A stretch of 64,000 bases of DNA from Bryobacterales bacterium. Lineage in GTDB: Bacteria > Acidobacteriota > Terriglobia > Bryobacterales > UBA6623. Both the position numbers and the translations under genes were made by a program. Location: assembly GCA_965214655.1 (NCBI GenBank), contig OZ243965.1, forward strand, positions 141,033 through 205,032. Direction: 5' to 3'. Below, piece after piece: positions 46,145 through 55,577 of this stretch (positions are counted from its first letter, which is position 1; every line of letters starts with the position of its first letter). The notes under the pieces were generated by a model, which was given only the letters and a program-made list of their open reading frames with translations, had not been told where the DNA came from and made no database searches.

Positions 46145-48673
46145 ATGGGCTGGCGGCGCACCAAGTACGACCGCAACGGGCGGGTCGTGGAAGTGGCGGC
46201 ATTCGCCGGCGACGGCCGGCCGGCGCCGTGGGGGACGAACGCAAGCGGCAGGGGGGTGGTGACGACCGCCTACAGCAACAACACGGTGACGGTGACCGAT
46301 GAGGCGGGAGTGGCGCGGACGAGTGCGTACAACGGCTTGGGGCGGCTGATTCGGCTGCAAGAGAACAGCGTGAACACCTGCTACGCGTACGACGTGCTGG
46401 ACAATCTGACCCAAGTGCGGCAGGGCGCCGCGGTGAGCGGCAGCGGGGTCTGCACGGGCGGGCAGACGCGCACGTTCGCCTACGACGCGTTGAGCCGCCT
46501 GACCTCAGCGACCAACCCTGAAAGCGGGACGGTGCGCTATACCTACGACGGCGCCGGCAACGTGCTGACCGAGACGGACGGCCGCGGGGGGACGGCGACG
46601 CATACCTACGATGCGCTGAACCGCATCACGAAGACGACTTACTCCGGCGGCGGGACGGGATTCAATGCCACGCCGGACGTGACCTACGCCTACGACGCGG
46701 GAGCGACGACGAACTGCAAGAACAAGGGGCGCTTGACCTCGGTGCGCACGAGCGTGTCGACGACCGGCTACGGCTGTTACGACGCCTTGGGGCGGGTGAC
46801 GGCGAGCACGCAGACGACCTCCGGGGATGCGGCGCGAACATTCGCCTATACTTACAATGCGGACGGGACGCTCAAGACGCAGACGTATCCGTCGGGGCTG
46901 GTAGTGGCCTACGATTACGACGCGGCGGGGCGGTTCAAGGCCGTGGGCAAGAACACGCCTGGAGCAACGGACTACGCCGGAGAGATGAGCTACGCGGCGC
47001 ACGGCGGGATCAAGGCGCTGAAGCTGGGCAACGGGCTGTACGAGAGCTGGGGGTACAACGCGCGCCTGCAGCCGACGGCGATCCGGCTGGGGACGATGGC
47101 GAGCGGGACGCAGCGGGCGGACAAGCTGTCGCTGAGCTTCGACTACGGGACGACGGCGAACAACGGCAACGTGCTGAGTCAGACGATCGGCCGTCCGGGA
47201 TTCACGGTGACGCAGCGCTACCGCTACGACGGGGCGAACCGGCTGGGCTTGGCCAGTGAAGGCGGGACGGCGCCGACGAGCGACTCCTGCCCGACGGACG
47301 CGGCATGGTGTCGAGACTACAGCTACGACGCCTACGGCAACCGCGCGGTGACCGGGACCCGGGGGCACACCCTGGCGACGGGGACGCCGACCGCAACAAG
47401 CGCTTTCAGCGCAACGACGAACCGCATAACAGCGGGGAGTTACGACGGGGCGGGCAACCTGCTGTCTCTGACGGGCGTGGGCGCGCTGAGTTACGACGGG
47501 GAGAACCGGCTGACGGCGTACGACAACAACGTGGCGTCGCTCCAGGAGCAGGGCGCGTACGCCTACGACGGGCTGGGGCAGCGTGTCAAGCGCACGACGC
47601 AGATTCGCGGGACGAGCGAGACGATGGTGTACGTGTACGACGCCTTCGGACGCTTGGCGGCCGAGTATTCGAGCGTGGCGCCTGAAGCGGGGTCGAGGGA
47701 GACGTTCTACCGCACGGAGGATCACTTGGGCTCGACGCGCTTGGTGATGAAGCAGAACCAGACGGTCGCGGAGTGCGCGGACTTCTTCCCCTTCGGGGAG
47801 CGCATCGGTTCGGGGCTGAACGGCCGCAGCGCCGACTGCTACGGTGGGACAAGCAACGCCGTCAAGCAGCAGTTCACCGGCAAGGAACGCGACGCCGAAT
47901 CGAGCCTCGATTACTTCGGAGCAAGGTACTACTCGGCGCGCCTAGGGCGGTTCATCGGACCCGATGCGCCGTTCGCGGATCAGTTCGCGTCAACTCCGCA
48001 GAGTTGGAACCTGTACGGCTATGTTCGAAACAGTCCTTTGGTTGCCATTGATCCGAACGGCCGTGAGACACGAATCTGTGGGCTAGGAACCGGCGAGCAG
48101 ACATGTGAAGTAGTGCGGGAGAATATAGCGGATCGGGTGCGAGACGACAAGAGCTTCATTATCGCCGGCGGCGATATTTATCTCCGGGACGAGGATGGGG
48201 CGCAAGGCCAACGGATTGGCAGCGTTGAGTATCTGGGGCCGGACGGGGATCTCCGGGAAGAAGTTCGTGACCTGGCTTCCGCAATCGTCGCGAACACTGA
48301 GACGCCTGTGAATGCATTGGCTATTGGAGCAATGGCCATACCGGCGTTGGTGACCGGAGCGGCGGAGGTTCCGTCCGCCGCAGCCGCCATGCGTCCGGCG
48401 ATGGAGACTGCGGCCGTTGCAGGATCGGCAGCTAGTCAGCACATTTCCCAATTAGCGCTGCGAACCGGCGATTATCTGTTCGGCCGCAGTCGCTTGAAAG
48501 GCAGTCGAGGACTTCTGAACGGCCAGATCCCACGGATCGGAGGTTATTTTCGACTTGGATACAGCTGGAATAAACACAAAAGGAACGAGGTGTTCCGCAT
48601 CGCAATTGGGAATCGGAAGCTGAAGATTAAGGGTAAGCCGTTCCATAAGCATTGGGACTTATGGAAACGCTAA
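46145..48673 (+). CDS. Rhs/YD-repeat core with C-terminal polymorphic toxin domain (N-terminally truncated)
   Basis: Many YD repeats, DHLGSTR, QFTGKERDAESSLDYFGARYY, NLYGYVRNSPLVAIDPNG core end, then ~200 aa lower-GC tip; in-frame ATG 46145 preceded by GAGGAG. Confidence 0.9.
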   Translation: MGWRRTKYDRNGRVVEVAAFAGDGRPAPWGTNASGRGVVTTAYSNNTVTVTDEAGVARTSAYNGLGRLIRLQENSVNTCYAYDVLDNLTQVRQGAAVSGSGVCTGGQTRTFAYDALSRLTSATNPESGTVRYTYDGAGNVLTETDGRGGTATHTYDALNRITKTTYSGGGTGFNATPDVTYAYDAGATTNCKNKGRLTSVRTSVSTTGYGCYDALGRVTASTQTTSGDAARTFAYTYNADGTLKTQTYPSGLVVAYDYDAAGRFKAVGKNTPGATDYAGEMSYAAHGGIKALKLGNGLYESWGYNARLQPTAIRLGTMASGTQRADKLSLSFDYGTTANNGNVLSQTIGRPGFTVTQRYRYDGANRLGLASEGGTAPTSDSCPTDAAWCRDYSYDAYGNRAVTGTRGHTLATGTPTATSAFSATTNRITAGSYDGAGNLLSLTGVGALSYDGENRLTAYDNNVASLQEQGAYAYDGLGQRVKRTTQIRGTSETMVYVYDAFGRLAAEYSSVAPEAGSRETFYRTEDHLGSTRLVMKQNQTVAECADFFPFGERIGSGLNGRSADCYGGTSNAVKQQFTGKERDAESSLDYFGARYYSARLGRFIGPDAPFADQFASTPQSWNLYGYVRNSPLVAIDPNGRETRICGLGTGEQTCEVVRENIADRVRDDKSFIIAGGDIYLRDEDGAQGQRIGSVEYLGPDGDLREEVRDLASAIVANTETPVNALAIGAMAIPALVTGAAEVPSAAAAMRPAMETAAVAGSAASQHISQLALRTGDYLFGRSRLKGSRGLLNGQIPRIGGYFRLGYSWNKHKRNEVFRIAIGNRKLKIKGKPFHKHWDLWKR

Positions 48674-49020
48674 GGAAGGTCGCTATGGCAAAGATACTAC
48701 TCAAGGCTACCTGGATCTGCCGGAAGATACAGGAGTGGCTTACGAAGATCGAAACGGTGGAGATGTCCAGGGCGGAGGTAGCGGCGATGATTGAAGGTTT
48801 CCTTGGTGACGACAACGCGCAAGGACCCTGGGATTGGGATGACTTCTTATCGAGCACACTGGCAGATCCGGATCTTGACCGAGTGCGCATCATCTGTTTC
48901 GATGTGCGTGATCGCTATCCGCCTGGGGAGGAAGGCGGTTACTGTAGTGAGGAAGGCATCAAGTTTTTGCGAAATCTAGCGAAGGAACTGAAGCAGAGCG
49001 ATTCCGATTTGTCTGTTTAA
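48661..49020 (+). CDS. Putative cognate immunity protein
   Basis: Small acidic low-GC ORF overlapping the Rhs stop; IEGFL..PWDWDDFLS..DPDLDRVR..YCSEEG pattern. Confidence 0.75.
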   Translation: METLRKVAMAKILLKATWICRKIQEWLTKIETVEMSRAEVAAMIEGFLGDDNAQGPWDWDDFLSSTLADPDLDRVRIICFDVRDRYPPGEEGGYCSEEGIKFLRNLAKELKQSDSDLSV

Positions 49021-49081
49021 TTTTTCGTGACCATCTACGATGGCGAGGACCAGCAGGTGCGGAAGATCACCGCAGGATGAT

Positions 49082-49590
49082 GACGCCTTCGGGCGCTTGG
49101 CGGCCGAGTATTCGAGCGTGGCGCCTGAAGCGGGATCCGGCGGGACGTTCTACCGCACGGAAGACCACCTGGGCTCGACGCGCTTGGTGACGAAGCAAGA
49201 CCAGACAGTCGCGGAGTGCCGCGACTTCTTCCCCTTCGGGGAGCGCATCGGTTCGGGGCTGAACGGCCGCAGCGCCGACTGCTACGGCGGGACGGGCGGC
49301 GCCGTCAAGCAGCAGTTCACGGGCAAGGAACGGGACGCCGAATCGAGCCTCGACTCCTTCGGCGCAAGGTACTACTCGGCGCGCCTGGGCCGGTTCATCG
49401 GTGTGGATCCGGCCAACGCCGGGGCGGATCCGTTGGTTCCCCAAAGTTGGAACGGCTATGCCTACGCGGTCAACAATCCGTTGGCGTTCATCGACCCTAC
49501 CGGGTTGTCCTGGATCAGGAGTGGCGGCGGATCGGTTACATGGACAGATGAATGCGCAAACGATCCGAACTGCTTCGACACGCCGGCGGT
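49082..49590 (+). pseudogene. Orphan Rhs cassette (duplicated core end plus truncated alternative tip)
   Basis: 49082-49401 closely repeats 47639-47959; continues to NNPLAFIDPTG and then a different C-terminus that is cut off. Confidence 0.85.
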
Positions 49591-49735
49591 GGCGAACGAG
49601 AAAGGTCGAGCAGGCGCTGGACATGGAAACGGGGGCGGTGGTCGCGGTGACGGTGCAAGCGGCCGGTGCGGGAGACACGAAGACGCTGCCGCAGGCGCTG
49701 GACAAGGCCCTGGAGCAGGTGCAGGCGGCGCACGA
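49590..49735 (+). mobile_element. IS1182-family transposase internal fragment
   Basis: KVEQALDMETGAVVAVTVQAAGAGDTKTL resembles the KAEHAVDLETGAVVAVTVQ.AD.GDT motif of IS1182-type transposases. Confidence 0.6.
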
Positions 49736-50080
49736 TGGCCGTATCGAGGGGCACGACGGCTTACCGGCACAACTCGAAGAACCCGCCGCCAAGGGTGACC
49801 TTCAGAGAATCCTCAGCCCGCAGCCATTGCTCGATCACGGCGATATTCCCGCCGCCTGCCGGCTCATGTCGCGGTAAGAAAACGTTGTTGCGCACATCCT
49901 GCTCATCTGCGCGCGGACTGTGGTAAGACCGCCGCGCGGCCCCGCGCTGCAACCAATCTCCATGCGTTTGAGAGAAGTCGCGCCGGCTTGCGCCAAGGTG
50001 AAAGCGCCGCGTCTTGGCGCGGAGACACTCGAACTTGGAAAACCGCTCTGCTTGCGCGCATCGTGGATGTAGCCTCAGAA

Positions 50081-50096
50081 CCACAACATATAGTGG
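50081..50096. promoter_or_regulatory. NrdR-box-like palindrome (orphan)
   Basis: CCACAACATATAGTGG resembles the consensus acaCwAtATaTwGtgt; no ribonucleotide reductase gene is adjacent. Confidence 0.45.
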
Positions 50097-50311
50097 TTAC
50101 AGGTAGAAGAGACTGGAAGAGGGGCGTTGGCCAGGAGGAGGGGCGGAAGCGGTTGTTCATCCCCGTCGACAACTCGATAAGCGCATCGTTTCAGATTACA
50201 ATTGTTACAATTGGCGGACAGGTTGGACACGGAAAGTCCGCGCTGCCTGCCGCCGCTTGCGACATCTCGGCGCGCAGTTCTTGCGGTTTGGCTTGTCTGT
50301 AAAGGTTCGTC

Positions 50312-52836
50312 ATGCATCTGCGCTTCTCTCCGCTCCTGCGATCTCTATGCGGCAAAACGTCCGTGCGGTCTCTGCTCGCCGTCTGCGCTTCGTTGGCGGC
50401 GGCGCCCGCTGCGGCGCAGACCGCTGCCTCCTATACGATCGACACGATCGCCGGGACGGCAGAGGTCAGGGACGGCGGCCCGGCGACCGCGGCGTGGCTG
50501 CGCTCCCCCACGGCCGCAGCGGCGGACGCCGCCGGCAACCTCTACATTGCCGATAGCGGCAACCACCGCATCCGCAGGGTGGACGCCGCCGGCAACATCG
50601 CCACAGTCGCGGGAACGGGAACATACGGCTTTAGCGGCGACGGCGGCCCGGCGACCGCAGCCCAACTGCGCTCTCCCACGGACGTGGCGATCGACGCCGC
50701 GGGCAACCTCTACATTGCCGATAGCGAAAATCATCGTATCCGCAGGGTGGACGCCGCCGGCAACATCGCTACCGTCGCCGGAACGGGGGCGGACGGCTTC
50801 AGCGGAGACGGCGGCCCGGCGGCCGCAGCCCAACTGTACGCTCCCCGTGACGTGGCGGTAGATGGCGCGGGCAACTTCTACATTGCCGATCAGGGCAGCC
50901 ACCGCATCCGCAGGGTGGACACCACCGGCAATATCGCTACTGTCGCGGGGACGGGGGCAGACGGCTTCAGCGGGGACGGCGGCCCCGCGACCGCAGCCCA
51001 ACTGTGGCGCCCTCTCGGCGTGACGGCCAACGCCGCGGGCAACCTCTACGTCGCCGATACTGCAAACCACCGCATCCGCAAGATAGGCACAGACGGCAAC
51101 ATCGCTACCGTCGCGGGAACGGGGACGCACGGCTCTGACGGTGAAGACGTTCCGGCGACCGCGGCGCGGCTGTATTTCCCCCGCGGCGCAGCAGTGGACG
51201 GCGCGGGCAATCTCTATGTCGCCGATACTGAAAACCACCGCATCCGCAAGATAGGCGCAGACGGCAACATCGCCGATTTCGCAGGCGAAGCCCGACTGAT
51301 CAGCCCCCATGGCGTAGCGGTAGACAGCGCAGGCAACCTCTACATTGCCGATACCCTGAACAACTTCATCCACAGAGTGGATGCCGGCGGCAACATCTCT
51401 ATCTTTGCGGGGACGAGGCTATCCGGCTTCCGAGGGGATGGCTTCCCGGCGACCGCGGTGCGGCTGTATTTCCCCCGCGGCGTGGCGGCGGACGACGCAG
51501 GCAACGTGTACATTGCCGATACTCGCAACAACCTCATTCGCAGGGTGGGCGCCGACGGCAACATCTTCACCGTCGCGGGGACAGAGGCGTACGGCTTCAG
51601 CGGGGACGGCGGCCCGGCGACCGCAGCCCGACTGTGGCTCCCCCGCGGCGTGGCGGCGGACGGCGCAGGCAACGTGTACATTGCCGATTGGGGCAACAAC
51701 CGCGTCCGCCGGGTGGATGCCGACGGCAATATCTCCACCCTCGCCGGAACGGGGACGAGAGGCTCCGGCGGGGACGGCGGCCCGGCGACCGCAGCCCAAC
51801 TGAGTTCCCCTTACGACGTAGCGGTGGATGGCGCAGGCAACGTGTACATTGCCGATGCTTTCAACTACCGTATCCGCAGGGTGGACGCCGACGGCAACAT
51901 CTCCACCATCGCGGGGACAGGAGCGAGCGGCTTCAGCGGGGACGGCGGCCCGGCGACCGCAGCCCAACTGAACGCCCCCCAGAGCGTAACGGCGGACAGC
52001 GCGGGCAACGTGTACATTGCCGATACGTTCAATCACCGCATCCGCCGCTTGACGCCGGCGGCCACAGCCGCGCCCCGCATCTCCGCGGGCGGCATCGTGA
52101 CGGCTACCGGAACCCCGCTCGTGAACCGCGTCTCGCCCAACGCGCTCATCTCTGTTTTCGGGCAGGCGTTCGCCCCGCAAGAGACGCAAACGCTGAGCCC
52201 GCAGTTGGACGCCTCAGGCAGAGTTGCCGCCAACCTGGCCGGCGCCTGCCTGGAGATCGGCGGCAAGCGCGCCGCGCTGTTCGCGGTCACCCCGAACCAG
52301 ATCAACGCCCAGGCGCCGCACGATCTGACGCCGGGACAGACGCAGGCGGCGGTCGTCCGCAATTGCGCCGCGGCGCAGAAGCGCCGGTCGCCGTCGGCGC
52401 GGTCTCGCCGGCCTTCTTCAACGTGCTGAGCAGCCCCGACGGGCGCAACCCGGTCATAGCCTTGCACGGCGGCGGCCCCGCCTTGGCCGGAGCGCCGGGC
52501 CTGCTGCCCGCAGCGGAGTTCACGCCCGCCGAGCCCGGCGGGATCGTCACCCTGTTCGGAACCGGCTTCGGAGTCGTCGAGCCGCCCTTGGAAACCGGCC
52601 GAATCCCGGGGGCGGCGGCCAACCTCGTCAACGCGGTCGCGTTTGCCTTCGGCGGCATCGCGGTTCCCCCGCAAGACGTGCTTTATGCCGGCGCGTCGCC
52701 CTGCTGCGCCGGCCTCTACCAATTCACGCTGCGCCTGCCGGCCGATATCCCCGACGGCGACGCCCCGGTCAGCGCAACCGTGCAGGGCGTCTCGACTCCC
52801 CAAGGGCCGTTCTTGACCGTCCGCCGCCGGCAATAA
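50312..52836 (+). pseudogene. NHL-repeat (teneurin-like beta-propeller) protein with TIGR03437-like C-terminal domain, frameshifted near 52370
   Basis: About ten ~56-aa repeats (P.GVAVD.AGNLYIAD..NHRIRRVD..GNI.TVAGTG..GFSGDGGPATAAQL); VTPNQINAQ in frame 1; tail VSPAF..TLFGTGFG..VLYAG..AGLYQF in a shifted frame ending at 52836. Confidence 0.85.
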
Positions 52837-52954
52837 AGACCCTTCGCCGCTTGACGGAAGAAAGTTCGCCGCCGCCGCATCCAACGGCGCCGCAGGCTGC
52901 GCCGCTTGCAAAGCGGAAAGCGGCCCGCGCGGCGATCCCGCTGCCGGTTCCGCT

Positions 52955-54925
52955 CTACTCTCCGCCGATCAATTGCTCGGCCAGCTCCGTCCATTCGCTT
53001 TCCCGCTCCTGGATCAACCGCCGGCGGTCCTCCAGGTCGGCGAGAATGCGCCGGTTCCGCCGATGATCGCGCCCGCTTTCCCCCAGCTCGGCCTGCAGTC
53101 CGTCGCTCTCGCTCTCGAGCGCCGCGATTTCGTTTTCGAGCGCCGCGGCCCGTTTGCGCAGCTTCTCCGCCTTGAGCGGGTTCAGGCGCTTCCCCTGCTT
53201 TGCGGATCCCTTGCCGGAACCGCCGCCGGGAGAAACTCCGTTGGACACGGGGCCGGCCGCCTCGAGAGCGGACTGCAACTCAGGGCTGATTGCCGCGGGG
53301 GCGGCTTCCTCCGCGCCGCCCTTGCGCTCCAGCGCCCACAGATAGTCCTCGTAGTTGCCGGGGTAAACGTCCACTTTGCCGCCGCCGACGGCGAAGACCT
53401 TCGTCGCCAGACGATCGATGAAGTAGCGGTCGTGCGAAACGAAAACGAGCGTGCCCTCGAAGTCGAGCAGCGCTTGCAGCAACACGTCTTTGGCGCGCAG
53501 ATCGAGGTGGTTGGTAGGCTCGTCCATCAACAGAAAATTGCTGGGCCTGACCAGCATCCGGGCAAGCGCATAACGGTTGCGCTCGCCGCCGGAGAGAACC
53601 TTGACCTTTTTGAAAACGTCGTCCCCGGAAAACAGAAAGCAGCCCAGCAGCCCGCGTATCTGCGAATCGTTCGCTTGGGGAACCCGCGCGGCCAGATCGT
53701 CGAAAAGCACGGCTTCGGGGTCGAGTTCCTTGTACTGGTCCTGAGCGAAATAATCGACCTCGACCTTGTGCCCGGCCTTGCGCAGGCCGCAGGTCGGCGG
53801 GTCGATGCCGGCGAGCAGACGGATCAAGGTGGACTTCCCCGCCCCGTTCGCGCCCACCAGCGCGATGCGGTCGCCCTTCTCCACGTGCAGCGAGACGTTG
53901 GAGAAGACGCGCGTCTCGCCGTAGCTTTTGGCCGCGTCCTTGAGCGCGGCGACGACGCGGCCCGAGGCCGGCGGCTGGGGAAACCGGAAACGGATTGTCT
54001 TTTCTTCGGGAGGCAATGCGATGCGCTCGATTTTTTCGAGCTCCTTGATGCGGCTTTGCACCTGCTTCGCCTTGGTTGCCTGATAACGGAAACGGTTGAT
54101 GAACGCTTCGAGTTGCTCGATGCGGTTCTGCTGGTTTTTGTGCGCCGCCCGCAGCCGCGCCAGGCGCTCTTGCTTCAACTTCTCGAACTGCGAATAATTC
54201 GCCGCGTAAAAGTGCGCCCGCTCGTTCCAGAGATGGACGATTTTGTTGACCGTCGTATCCATGAAAAAACGGTCGTGCGAAATGACCAGGAAGGCGTAGG
54301 GGTAGTCTTTGAGGTAATCCTCGAGCCAGTTGCGGGCCTCCAGGTCGAGATGATTGGTCGGCTCGTCGAGCAGCAGAAGGTTGGGTTTTTCGAGCAGCAG
54401 CTTGGCCAGCGCGACGCGCATCTGCCAGCCGCCGGAGAATTCTTCGCAGGGGCGGCCCCAGTCTTGTTTGGGGAAGGCCAAGCCCCCAAGCACCGTTCCG
54501 ACCTGGGCTTCCTTGGTGTAGCCGTCAAGCGCCTGGTAGCGGTTGGAGCACCATTCGTAGCGGTCGATGACGGTTTGATACTCGCTTCCGCAGGGGTCGA
54601 GAACCGACATCTTGTTCGCCAGCTCCTCCAATTCGTCCTCGAGGGCGACGGCCTCGTCGAATACGCTCAGGCATTCCGCAAAGACGGTGCGTCCCGCGAG
54701 TGACAGGCCGTCTTGCGGGAGATAACCGATGCGCATGCCCTTCTGCATCGCGAGGGAGCCGGAATCGAGGCGCTCCATGCCGTTCAGAATCTTGAGCAGG
54801 GTCGATTTGCCCGCGCCGTTGGCGCCGACCACGCCCACCCGGTCGCCGGGAGCGATCAGCCAGTCGAGACCGCTGAACAGCACCCGGTCGCCGTAGCGCA
54901 TCTTGGCCGCGGTGAGTTGAATCAC
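52955..54925 (-). CDS. ABC-F family ATPase
   Basis: Two NBDs (GANGAGKSTL x2, FSGGWQMR, LSGGERNR, LDEPTNHLD, SHDR), linker, C-terminal coiled coil, no TM segments; GTG start at 54925. Confidence 0.93.
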   Translation of the reverse strand: MIQLTAAKMRYGDRVLFSGLDWLIAPGDRVGVVGANGAGKSTLLKILNGMERLDSGSLAMQKGMRIGYLPQDGLSLAGRTVFAECLSVFDEAVALEDELEELANKMSVLDPCGSEYQTVIDRYEWCSNRYQALDGYTKEAQVGTVLGGLAFPKQDWGRPCEEFSGGWQMRVALAKLLLEKPNLLLLDEPTNHLDLEARNWLEDYLKDYPYAFLVISHDRFFMDTTVNKIVHLWNERAHFYAANYSQFEKLKQERLARLRAAHKNQQNRIEQLEAFINRFRYQATKAKQVQSRIKELEKIERIALPPEEKTIRFRFPQPPASGRVVAALKDAAKSYGETRVFSNVSLHVEKGDRIALVGANGAGKSTLIRLLAGIDPPTCGLRKAGHKVEVDYFAQDQYKELDPEAVLFDDLAARVPQANDSQIRGLLGCFLFSGDDVFKKVKVLSGGERNRYALARMLVRPSNFLLMDEPTNHLDLRAKDVLLQALLDFEGTLVFVSHDRYFIDRLATKVFAVGGGKVDVYPGNYEDYLWALERKGGAEEAAPAAISPELQSALEAAGPVSNGVSPGGGSGKGSAKQGKRLNPLKAEKLRKRAAALENEIAALESESDGLQAELGESGRDHRRNRRILADLEDRRRLIQERESEWTELAEQLIGGE

Positions 54926-54950
54926 TCCTCCCAGTTTATCCGGGGCGCGG

Positions 54951-55577
54951 TCAGGCGGCGTTCGACGGCGCGGCGCGGCGCGAATCGAATCTGTGCAGGA
55001 AAGCGAGCAGGCGGCGGACCTCATCCTCGGGCGGGGCCTCGCCGTCGGCGATGAAATCGGCGAAGCGGCGCGTCGGGGACGTATGCCGGCGAAACATCGG
55101 CAGCGCCTGGCGCTCCCACTGCAGCCTCACGGACTCCGGCGTGCGGCCGCGCTCCGCTGTATCCCGGGCGATGCGCCGCTCGCGGCAAACATCGTCGGGC
55201 GCATCGACGAAAACGGCGCAATCGAGCATGGCGCGCACCCGCGGATGCCAGAGCGCAAAAAGACCTTCGAGCAGGGTTGCCGCCGACGGGCCGACGACGT
55301 GCGCCTCGAGCAACCGCGTGTGCGTCTGGAAATCGTAGCGGGGGACGGGCACGGAGCGCCCGGCCCGGCGCGCGTTCAGATGCTCCAGCAGCGTTTCCCA
55401 GTCAATCGCCTGCGGGAGGTCGAAATTCACTGCGTCGCGCTCGTCCGGCGGCAGATGCGCAAGGTCGCGGTAATACGCATCCAACGACAGCAGCGCCGCA
55501 TCGGGCAGGCGAGCCATGAGCGCCCCGGCGAACGTCGTCTTGCCCGCGCCCGACGCGCCGGCGATGCCGACCGTCAT
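54951..55577 (-). CDS. udk: Uridine kinase
   Basis: GIAGASGAGKTT, DAYYRD, NFDLP.AIDW, P.YDF.TH.R, LEGLF, RRIARDTAERGRT. Confidence 0.88.
   Translation of the reverse strand: MTVGIAGASGAGKTTFAGALMARLPDAALLSLDAYYRDLAHLPPDERDAVNFDLPQAIDWETLLEHLNARRAGRSVPVPRYDFQTHTRLLEAHVVGPSAATLLEGLFALWHPRVRAMLDCAVFVDAPDDVCRERRIARDTAERGRTPESVRLQWERQALPMFRRHTSPTRRFADFIADGEAPPEDEVRRLLAFLHRFDSRRAAPSNAA

Noticed and set aside
47639-49401. Diversity-generating retroelement template/variable repeat pair
   Set aside because: Differences are not adenine-specific, no reverse transcriptase is present, and the repeat is explained by an orphan Rhs cassette.
49740-50080. Short ORFs between the orphan Rhs cassette and the NHL gene
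   Set aside because: No recognisable motifs or consistent frame; probably degraded remnant DNA, so not called.
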